Shown: positions 16,799 through 24,343 of the stretch, one piece after another | Numbering within the stretch: the stretch's first letter is position 1 | Layout: each line of letters begins with the position of its first letter | Assembly: GCA_031394445.1 (NCBI GenBank) | Contig: JANNTN010000590.1 | Location: forward strand, 1-25,030 | Direction of reading: 5' to 3' | Length of the DNA stretch: 25,030 bases | Source: Anatilimnocola sp. | Lineage (GTDB): Bacteria; Planctomycetota; Planctomycetia; Pirellulales; Pirellulaceae | The notes under the pieces: generated by a model | What the model was told of the DNA's origin: nothing | Database searches by the model: none | Seen by the model: the letters and a program-made list of their open reading frames with translations, nothing else | Position numbers and translations under genes: made by a program

Positions 16799-19402
16799 TC
16801 ACCGCACCAGTTGAAATTCGGGCAGCATGATGAGGGACCAGAGGAGGTCTTGGAGGGATTCGCTGGTGGGAGTGGGGCTGAGGAGGGTTGTAGCGGCGGA
16901 GAGTTCGTCAGTGGTGGGTGGACGAGAGAGGGCGGTGAGGTAGAGACGTTGGATGAGGGAGGCGGTGGTTTCGCCGGGGGCGGGCTGCCATTTGGCGGTA
17001 CTTTTTTCGATCGTGGTGGCGAGAGTTTCTCCGTTGGCGAGGCTGATGGCTTCGAGGGTGGTGAGTTCGCTGGGGCGCATACTGACGATTTGGTCGCGAT
17101 TGGGGCGGCCGAGGGCACGCATCAGGTCGTTGCTCTTGAGCAGCGAGGCGCGGACCATGCGGATGGGGCCGGAGGAGCCTTGGTGAAGGAGTGAGGGGAG
17201 AGTATCGCCGACGCGGGCGGTCCAAGCAGGGATGGGAGTGATGAAGGTGGCGGGTTGCCATTCGATCGTGGAGTCGGCCGCTTTGGCGGCGCGACGTTTG
17301 GCTTTGGCGGCCTTGGCGGTTGCGGAGGAGACGGGAGTGGAAGATTTCTCGCCCCTCGCTGACGCGTCGGGTTGTTGTGTGGAGTCCCTCGCTGACGCGT
17401 CGGGTTGGTTTGCAGGTGGAGCGGGGAAGCGGCCGCGGGCATCGGGGAGAGTGGTGGTCCATTCCCAGTCCGAATCGGTGGCGATGGTCTGTTCGGTGCC
17501 GTCGGTGAGTTTGATGGCGGCGGCGAAGATGAGGCCGGCGGCGTTGGGAGTGTTGCCAGTGTTTTTGGCAACGATGAGAATTTCGTTATCACCGGCTTTC
17601 AATTGGGCATCGAGCGAAACGAGTTCGACGGTTTCCCAGTTGTCGTCGTTGCTCACGAGTTGGCCGTTGACGAATAGCCGGTATTCGTTGTCGCAGGTGA
17701 TGACGGCGACGGAGCGGGCGGGGGCGGTGGGAAGCTTAAATTGGCGGCGGAAGGAAAGGGATTGGTTGGCGGGGGCGGAAGTGGAGGCGTCGGACCAGAT
17801 CCATTGGGCGGAAAACTCCTGCGCCTGCGGCTGCGGGTTAAACGAGGAGATTGGCCGGCCGGAGGCCCACCCCACGTGGGCGCGGATGACTTGGGCGTCA
17901 GTTTTGGTGGGGGCGGCGTCGGTCAGTTGCCAGACGGTATCGACAAGCTGCTCCGCGGTCATTCGGCGGGCGTGAGGTCCGCGAAAGACATACGCGTCGT
18001 TATCGGGCTCGTCGTTCATCGACGGCGTTTGAGCCCGGTAGATGTCGGAAGTGGCGATGAGCGCGATAGTGTGCTTGAGGTCGTAGCCGTGAGCCGCGAA
18101 ATCAGCCGCGAGCCAATCGAGCAGGTCGCTGCTCCAGGGCTCGGTGTGCATGGCGTCGACCGGATGCACGATGCCGTGCCCCATCAGGCGATGCCACAGA
18201 CGATTTACGATAGTTCGCGTGAAGCGGCCGTTTTCCGGGTGCGTCATTAATCCCGCAAGCTGCTTCAACCGCTCTGGCTGCGGCGCCTCGGCGTCAATCT
18301 GGCCCAATTCAGGAAAAATCCATGCGGCTTGTGCATTCGCGCCCGTCGGTTTATCGCAGCGATGAATCGCCAACGGCTGCGTCGCATAAATTGCGGCCAG
18401 CCCATACGCCTCGTTCAGCTTCCAACGATCGATGAAGCTGTCGTGGCACGACGCACACTTCATGTTGATCCCCAAAAACGCCTGCGAGATGTTTTGGGCG
18501 AATTGGACTTCGATTGTCTGGCTGGCGTTAACCGTGCCGCGCCATTTGATGCCTTGAGAAAAACCTTCGGAGTCGGCGGTCGGCGAAATCAGTTCGCGAA
18601 CCATCTGGTCGTACGGTTTGTTATCGACGAGCGAGCGGTAGAGCCAACTCGTGATTTGCTTGCGGCCACCGGTGATGAAGCCTGTGCCGGCGTAATCGTT
18701 TCGCAGTAAGTCGTTCCAAAACGTGAGCCAGTGCTCGGCATAGGCGATGTCGTCGGCGAGCAGTTCGTGGACGAGTGCGTCGCGCTTGCCGCTGCTTGGA
18801 TCAACACCAAACTTCTCCACCCGCTCAGCCGGCGGCAATAGGCCGGTCAGATCGAGCGAGAGCCGACGAACAAGCGCCGCATCGCTGGCCGAAGCGGGGC
18901 GAACAATTTTCTGTTGGGCAAAATACGCATCGACCAAGCGGTCGATCGGATTCGTTCGTTCAGCGACCACCGGCGGCAGTTCGACCTGTCGCGGCTTGAG
19001 CGGCGGCTCATACGCCGGCGGCTTCAGGGCAAAGCCTTCTTGCCACGGCAGGCCGCCATCAATCCAATTTTTCAGTAGCGCAACTTCCTTCTCACTAAGC
19101 CGTTGACCTTCCGGCGGCATTTGTTCGTCTTTATCGCGCGACAGCACACGCCGCATCAATTCACTCTTCGCACTATTGCCGACGGACACCGCCACCCCCC
19201 CCTCCCCACCCGCGACCAAAGCCGCGCGGGTATTCATCGAGTAGCTCCCCTTTTTGGTGTCCCCCGTGTGGCATTGGCCGCACTGTTTGCGAAGGATCGG
19301 CACGATATCGTGGGCAAAATCGATCGGTTCGGCGGCGAACGCGGCAGATGCGAGGCAGACGACACCAATTGCGGCGGCGAGGCGATGGGGAGAGGATGGC
19401 AT
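16799..19402 (-). CDS. Planctomycete cytochrome-c (PSCyt) / DUF1549 / DUF1553 protein with an inserted beta-sandwich domain
   Basis: Signal-like MPSSPHRLAAAIGVVCLASAAFA, starting from the ATG at 19402; the track start at 19465 is an alternative. Heme motif CGQCH with QMPP. DUF1549-like NPIDRLVDAYF and LIRRLSLDLTG-type string. DUF1553-like MKCASCHDSFIDRW, IVNRLWHRLMG and RPNRDQIVSMRPSELTTLEAISLANG. Confidence 0.85.
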   Translation of the reverse strand: MPSSPHRLAAAIGVVCLASAAFAAEPIDFAHDIVPILRKQCGQCHTGDTKKGSYSMNTRAALVAGGEGGVAVSVGNSAKSELMRRVLSRDKDEQMPPEGQRLSEKEVALLKNWIDGGLPWQEGFALKPPAYEPPLKPRQVELPPVVAERTNPIDRLVDAYFAQQKIVRPASASDAALVRRLSLDLTGLLPPAERVEKFGVDPSSGKRDALVHELLADDIAYAEHWLTFWNDLLRNDYAGTGFITGGRKQITSWLYRSLVDNKPYDQMVRELISPTADSEGFSQGIKWRGTVNASQTIEVQFAQNISQAFLGINMKCASCHDSFIDRWKLNEAYGLAAIYATQPLAIHRCDKPTGANAQAAWIFPELGQIDAEAPQPERLKQLAGLMTHPENGRFTRTIVNRLWHRLMGHGIVHPVDAMHTEPWSSDLLDWLAADFAAHGYDLKHTIALIATSDIYRAQTPSMNDEPDNDAYVFRGPHARRMTAEQLVDTVWQLTDAAPTKTDAQVIRAHVGWASGRPISSFNPQPQAQEFSAQWIWSDASTSAPANQSLSFRRQFKLPTAPARSVAVITCDNEYRLFVNGQLVSNDDNWETVELVSLDAQLKAGDNEILIVAKNTGNTPNAAGLIFAAAIKLTDGTEQTIATDSDWEWTTTLPDARGRFPAPPANQPDASARDSTQQPDASARGEKSSTPVSSATAKAAKAKRRAAKAADSTIEWQPATFITPIPAWTARVGDTLPSLLHQGSSGPIRMVRASLLKSNDLMRALGRPNRDQIVSMRPSELTTLEAISLANGETLATTIEKSTAKWQPAPGETTASLIQRLYLTALSRPPTTDELSAATTLLSPTPTSESLQDLLWSLIMLPEFQLVR
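17353..17407. repeat. Tandem duplication (period 33 nt) of a 22-nt unit ccctcgctgacgcgtcgggttg inside the DUF1553 CDS
   Basis: Copies at 17353-17374 and 17386-17407 are identical, and each contains the palindrome gacgcgtc. They encode ...QPDASARD...QPDASARG... in frame. Confidence 0.85.
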
Positions 19403-19510
19403 TATCGGTTGGCAAAGTGAGGGCGTGGCAGGATTCAATGTCGTCAACCGCCGCGTCGGGATCAAGGCGCTGTTTCAGTCCGCCAGCCGCAATATATTCG
19501 CGACGATTGC

Positions 19511-20362
19511 ATGTCGAATCCCACCGCAACCACCGGCATCCTCCTCGTCGGCCACGGCACGCGCGACGAAACCGGAACGCGGCAGTTTTTGGAATTGGTC
19601 GAAATGCTGAAGGTCCGGCTCGCCCCGGCGGCGGTCGAGGCGGCGTTTCTGGAGTTGCGGGAGCCGGGGATTGGAGCCGGAGTGGAACGGCTTTTGGCGC
19701 TGGGGATTGGCCGGCTGGTGACGGTGCCGCTTTTGCTATTCGCCGCCGGCCATATTAAGCGAGACGTACCGACGGAGGTGGAAAAGGCGCTCGTGGGACT
19801 GGGCCGCGGCGATTTACAACACGAGCAGGCAGGGCATTTGGGGTGCCATTCGGCGCTTCTGGAGCTATCGCGGAGGCGGATGGAGGATGGAGCGGAGAGG
19901 AGTCAGGCGTCAGGAGTCAGGGGTCAGGAAGGAGAGTCACGAAACCGGCAAACGTGCCTTCTACTCGTCGCCCGCGGTAGCAAAGACGACGAAGCATCAG
20001 CCGAAATGCATCGGTTCGCGGCTTTGCGAGGGCAAACAGACACTAATTTAGACGTCGAGCCCGCCTTCCTCTCGCTGGCTAAACCAAGTTTCGACGACCA
20101 GCTAATAAAAATAGCCGCCGCGGGCTACCGCCGGGTCATCGTCCAGCCCCACTTTTTGTTCGAGGGGGAACTTGTAGAGCGAATTCGCTGTCAAATAGCT
20201 GAATGTACGCGGAATCGTTCTGAAACCGACTGGATTGTGGCTCCGCCGCTGGCCGATCGGCCGGGGGAAGCGGGCTTGGCAAGCGAATTGCTGGCGAGAG
20301 TTATTCTGGACCGCTGCCAGGAAGCCGGGATTCGTGTTGTCGTAAGCGGGGGGGATGACTAG
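19511..20362 (+). CDS. cbiX: Two-domain (long-form) sirohydrochlorin chelatase CbiX
   Basis: N-terminal half: ILLVGHGTRDETG...VPLLLFAAGHIKRD. Second half: LLLVARGSKDDEA...VQPHFLFEGELV. The two halves are joined by a low-complexity linker. Confidence 0.8.
   Translation: MSNPTATTGILLVGHGTRDETGTRQFLELVEMLKVRLAPAAVEAAFLELREPGIGAGVERLLALGIGRLVTVPLLLFAAGHIKRDVPTEVEKALVGLGRGDLQHEQAGHLGCHSALLELSRRRMEDGAERSQASGVRGQEGESRNRQTCLLLVARGSKDDEASAEMHRFAALRGQTDTNLDVEPAFLSLAKPSFDDQLIKIAAAGYRRVIVQPHFLFEGELVERIRCQIAECTRNRSETDWIVAPPLADRPGEAGLASELLARVILDRCQEAGIRVVVSGGDD
19902..19929 (+). repeat. Heptanucleotide tandem repeat GTCAGGN x4 inside the cbiX inter-domain linker
   Basis: gtcaggc gtcagga gtcaggg gtcagga, read directly. 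It encodes ...SQASGVRGQE.... Confidence 0.85.
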
Positions 20363-20478
20363 AATTCCGCGCTGGACTACTTGCTTCTGCCGTGGCGGGA
20401 GTGAAAAATCGAAAACCGTTCGGCAATCAGCACTTACGCCGTTCGCCGGCCGCTCATCTACTTGTCAAAGGGAATGGA

Positions 20479-22626
20479 ATGCGCCGTTTAGGAAACTCTT
20501 TGGCCTCTGTTTTTCGCGCCCGCAGCCTCATTTGCATCGCCTTGGCGGGAGCTGGCCTCTGGGCCGTGGCCGTCGGGCTGCTGCCGCTGGGACCGAAGCA
20601 GAGTGTCGCCGTCGAGGCTAAGCCGGTGAAGGAAATGACCGGCCCAACCGCGAACGACCGCACGGTGACGCGGCTGGTCTCGATGATGATGAAGCGGGAG
20701 CATTTGACCAAGCATCCGCTGGACGACGAAATTTCGCGCCGCGGCTTGGATTTGTTTTTGAAGAGCCTCGACGGGCGCAAACTGTATTTCTACCAGTCCG
20801 ACATCGATGAATTCCACCAAAAGCGCAGCGATCTGGACGATATGGTCAGTGGTGGCGATGTGAGCTTTGCTTACACGGTGTTCAATCGGCTGCTCAAGCG
20901 AGTCGATGAGCGCGTGGCGACAGTGAATCAACTGCTGAAGGGTGAGTTCGATTTCACGCCCGACGACGTTCTGGTTGCCGATCCGGACAAGCTGACCTAT
21001 CCCAAGACGCCGGAAGAAGCCCGCGAGCGGTGGGAGAAGCAACTGAAATACGACGTGCTCGTGCTCAAGGCCGATAAGTCGAACAAGGAAGACATTCGCG
21101 AGCGGTTGCTGCGGCGGTATCAGAGCATCTCCAAGCGGATGCATCAGACCGACAGCAACGAATTGCTGGAAATGTTTTTGACGTCCATCACGTCGAGCTT
21201 CGACCCGCACAGCACGTACATGGCCCCGGTTTCTTCGAAGAATTTCGACATTGTCATCAGCTTGAATCTGCAAGGCATTGGCGCCCAGCTCAAGTTGACC
21301 GACGGCTACACAGTGATCGACAAACTGATTCCCGGCGGCCCAGCCGACAAGAACGGACAGCTCAAAGCGGGCGACCGCGTGGTCAGCGTCGGCCAGGGTG
21401 ACAGCGGCGATTTTGTCGATGTCCTTGATATGAAGCTGAATGACGTCGTAGAGAAGATTCGCGGCAAGAAGGGCACAACCGTTCGGCTCGTCGTCATGCC
21501 CGAAGCCGGCGGCGCGACGAAGACGGTCAAAATCGTCCGCGATCAGATTGAACTGAAGGATTCGGAAGCCAGCGGCACGATCATTGAAGATGGCAAGAAG
21601 CCGGATGGCTCGCCGTACAAGCTGGGCATCATCAATTTGCCGAGCTTCTATATGGATATGAAGGGTGCCCGCGACGGGAACGAAGATTTCAAGAGCTGCA
21701 CGCGGGATGTGAAGCGAATCATCGACGACTTCAACAAGAAGGGAGTCGATGCCCTCGTGCTCGATCTGCGAAAGAACGGCGGCGGCAGTCTGACTGAGTC
21801 AATTTCGCTGACGGGCCTGTTCATCGAGCAAGGGCCCGTGCTGCAAGTGAAAGATCCGGACGGCCGGGTGCAGCAATACGACGATACCGACAAGGGAATT
21901 GCCTGGCGCGGGCCGCTGGTCGTGATGATCAGCAAGTTCAGCGCGAGTGCCAGCGAAATCTTGGCCGGTGCGATTCAGGATTACCACCGCGGCTTGATCA
22001 TTGGTGATTCCTCGACACACGGCAAAGGCACCGTGCAAACAATGATGGACCTGGGTCCGCAGTTGTTCCGCATTCAGAACCCGCCGGATCTGGGCTCGCT
22101 GAAGCTCACCGTCCAACAGTTCTACCGTCCGAGCGGCGATAGCACACAAAAGCGTGGCGTTCTCTCGGACATCACGTTGCCCTCGCTCACCGATCACTAC
22201 GACGTGAGCGAGAGCGATCTCGATTATCCAGTCGCGTTCGACAAGGTGCCGGCTGTCCCGTTCCGCAAGTACGACGCAACCTATGGCGTGTCGCCGGCGA
22301 TGGTCAGCAAGCTGAAGGATCAATCTTCGCAGCGGATCGATAATTCGACCGACTTCGGCAAGCTGAAGAAGAACATCGTGCGTTACGAAGAGCAAAAGGC
22401 GAAGAAGGAAGTGCCGCTAAACGAAAAGAAGTTCACGGCCCGCCGCGAAGAATTCGACTCGGAGAAGGAAGAGGAAAAAACCTTTGACGAGCACGCCCAA
22501 GGCACGACGGAAGTCTTCAAGCGAGACTTCTACGGCAACGAAGCCCTGGCGATCACGCTCGACTACCTTCGCGAGCTCGGCAAGGAAAAAGTCGCCAACG
22601 CCCGCACCCCCGGTGCCCCGAACTAA
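20479..22626 (+). CDS. S41-family carboxy-terminal processing (tail-specific) protease with PDZ domain
   Basis: The ATG at 20479 gives MRRLGNSLASVFRARSLICIALAGAGLWAVAV (signal or anchor). PDZ: GIGAQL...IPGGPADKNGQLKAGDRVVSV. Catalytic region: DLRKNGGGSL, SASASEILAGAIQDY, GDSSTHGKGTVQ. Confidence 0.9.
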   Translation: MRRLGNSLASVFRARSLICIALAGAGLWAVAVGLLPLGPKQSVAVEAKPVKEMTGPTANDRTVTRLVSMMMKREHLTKHPLDDEISRRGLDLFLKSLDGRKLYFYQSDIDEFHQKRSDLDDMVSGGDVSFAYTVFNRLLKRVDERVATVNQLLKGEFDFTPDDVLVADPDKLTYPKTPEEARERWEKQLKYDVLVLKADKSNKEDIRERLLRRYQSISKRMHQTDSNELLEMFLTSITSSFDPHSTYMAPVSSKNFDIVISLNLQGIGAQLKLTDGYTVIDKLIPGGPADKNGQLKAGDRVVSVGQGDSGDFVDVLDMKLNDVVEKIRGKKGTTVRLVVMPEAGGATKTVKIVRDQIELKDSEASGTIIEDGKKPDGSPYKLGIINLPSFYMDMKGARDGNEDFKSCTRDVKRIIDDFNKKGVDALVLDLRKNGGGSLTESISLTGLFIEQGPVLQVKDPDGRVQQYDDTDKGIAWRGPLVVMISKFSASASEILAGAIQDYHRGLIIGDSSTHGKGTVQTMMDLGPQLFRIQNPPDLGSLKLTVQQFYRPSGDSTQKRGVLSDITLPSLTDHYDVSESDLDYPVAFDKVPAVPFRKYDATYGVSPAMVSKLKDQSSQRIDNSTDFGKLKKNIVRYEEQKAKKEVPLNEKKFTARREEFDSEKEEEKTFDEHAQGTTEVFKRDFYGNEALAITLDYLRELGKEKVANARTPGAPN

Positions 22627-22644
22627 GGTAGCGGACGCGGAAGT

Positions 22645-22725
22645 AGGTGCGGCCTGCCGGGCAGCACCTCGAAACCTCGTTCCCACGCTCTGCGTGGGAA
22701 CGCAACCTGCCGACGCTCTGCGTCG
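22645..22725 (+). repeat. REP-like hairpin cluster between the convergent protease and pyrB genes
   Basis: Hairpins are aggtgc...gcacct (22645-22669), gttcccacgc-tct-gcgtgggaac (22679-22701) and cgacgc-tct-gcgtcg (22711-22725). None is followed by a T-run. Confidence 0.8.
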
Positions 22726-22733
22726 TTCTTGCT

Positions 22734-24152
22734 CTACGATGCCGCCACTTCCTTCTTAGCCTTCGCCACCTTGCGCGGCCCATAACCGGCGGCCACCGCT
22801 TGGGCCTCATCGGCAAAAAACACCCGCTCCTCGGCGTCCATTTCCTGACCCGCCGTCAGATCGAGGCTGTATTTGTGCGCCGTGCGGCTGCCAATCGCCA
22901 GCGGAACATGCTCCACGTCGCAAAACGCACAGCGTAGCGTCGGCGGAGACTCTTGAATCACCTGGAAACGCGATTTCAGATACCGCCGCTCGGCTGGCGA
23001 CCGCGAAATGCACTTGGGATTGCTGCATTCGATCCCATCCGGCTGAGTGTACGTCGGATAACGCCCCGCGGCCTGCTGGGGCAGATTCGCAAACGTCGGT
23101 TGCAGCTCCAGCAGCGCGGCAATCAGGGCCATCCGAACGGGCACGCCGTAAGCGGCCTGCTTGAAATACATGCTCCGCTTGTCTTCGTCGATGTCGTAAC
23201 TCAATTCATCGACACGCGGCAGCGGATGCATCACGTTGGCGTCACGATACGACTTCTGCTTGAGGAATTGCGAATCGACCGCCGGATAATTGCCGGCAAA
23301 GCCGCTCGCTAATCGTTCCAATTGCAGCCGCGTGGAGTAGAGGGCATCAACAGTCTTCAAGCCTTTGACGGGTGTCCGCTGGCTCACATCGAACAGAGCC
23401 AGTTGGTGCGGCTCATCGGGCGTGAGATAGACGACATCGACATCGGGGGGCAGGCCGTCCTCATCGATGTTGTCTTTGGAGAGCGGGACACAGTGATAGT
23501 CGCGGGCCAGGCGGCTGGCCACATGCTCGGGCAGCTCAAAGCCGGGAGCGGCGCGGGGAATAATCCGGGCCTTCAGGCGGGCCAATGCATACACCAGCGA
23601 ATGCACTGTGCGGCCGTTCAGCAGATCGCCCCAGATGACAACATTGAGATCTTTGATCGAGTGGATCGAGCGCGGGCGGCCCTTCTCGAATTGTGCCGCG
23701 CGAAGCGTGTACAGGTCGCACAGCGTTTGCGTGGGATGCTCGTGGCTGCCGTCCCCCGCGTTAATGACGGGAACCGCGGCAAAGTCGGCGGCGATGCGGG
23801 CCGCCCCTTCGAGCGGATGCCGAATCACAATGATGTCGGCATAGCTGGCGACCACGCGGACCGTATCGGCGATCGTTTCCCCTTTGGAAGCCGACGTCTG
23901 GTTGCCATCCGCCGAGCTCAGGCACCGGCCCCCCAGTCGCAGCATGGCCGATTCGAACGATAGCCGCGTTCGCGTGCTCGCCTCAAAAAACAGTGTGGCC
24001 AGAATATTCTTGCTAGCCAGCTCGCTATTGCCTGAGATGCAATACGGCCGGCCCGGGGTGCTCATCTCATCAAGAAAGCGGTCGGCCAATTGAAAAACGG
24101 CCTCCATCTCGTCGATGGATAGATCGTCAATGCTGATAATGCTGCGGGGCAT
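22734..24152 (-). CDS. pyrB: Aspartate carbamoyltransferase catalytic chain with a C-terminal PyrI-like zinc-domain extension
   Basis: Catalytic motifs: STRTRLSFE, HEHPTQ, VMHPLPRVDEL. The C-terminal roughly 120 aa contain CSNPKCIS...LRCAFCD, the Cx4C...Cx2C pattern of the PyrI zinc domain. Confidence 0.85.
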   Translation of the reverse strand: MPRSIISIDDLSIDEMEAVFQLADRFLDEMSTPGRPYCISGNSELASKNILATLFFEASTRTRLSFESAMLRLGGRCLSSADGNQTSASKGETIADTVRVVASYADIIVIRHPLEGAARIAADFAAVPVINAGDGSHEHPTQTLCDLYTLRAAQFEKGRPRSIHSIKDLNVVIWGDLLNGRTVHSLVYALARLKARIIPRAAPGFELPEHVASRLARDYHCVPLSKDNIDEDGLPPDVDVVYLTPDEPHQLALFDVSQRTPVKGLKTVDALYSTRLQLERLASGFAGNYPAVDSQFLKQKSYRDANVMHPLPRVDELSYDIDEDKRSMYFKQAAYGVPVRMALIAALLELQPTFANLPQQAAGRYPTYTQPDGIECSNPKCISRSPAERRYLKSRFQVIQESPPTLRCAFCDVEHVPLAIGSRTAHKYSLDLTAGQEMDAEERVFFADEAQAVAAGYGPRKVAKAKKEVAAS

Positions 24153-24224
24153 GGGGAGACGCTCGTTCTCATCAGCTTACTGGTGGCTGCATAGCTTCGC
24201 GAGTGGACATCTGTAGGGTCAACT

Positions 24225-24271
24225 GGTTCCCAAGCTCCGCTTGGGAACCCACGGCTCGAAGCTCCGCTTCG
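24225..24271 (+). repeat. Second copy of the two-hairpin REP-like module, upstream of pyrB and of the GGDEF gene
   Basis: Hairpins are ggttcccaagc-tcc-gcttgggaacc (24225-24249) and cgaagc-tcc-gcttcg (24257-24271). Architecture and orientation match 22679-22725. Confidence 0.8.
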
Positions 24272-24343
24272 TATTCGGGCCGTCAGGTGGAACCATCGTG
24301 CGCAGGCCCACCGATTCCCCGGCACCCAAGCTATAATCTCCCT

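Noticed and set aside
22645-22669. Hairpin immediately after the protease stop codon considered as an intrinsic terminator.
   Set aside because: It has a good stem but no downstream U-tract, and it sits in a cluster with REP-like hairpins. I therefore called it a repeat; terminator function remains unproven.
24203-24343. N-terminal extension of the GGDEF ORF (MDICRVNWFPSSAWEPTARSSAS...).
   Set aside because: This segment is the translation of the REP-like hairpins at 24225-24271. The ATG at 24344 gives a sensible N-terminus.
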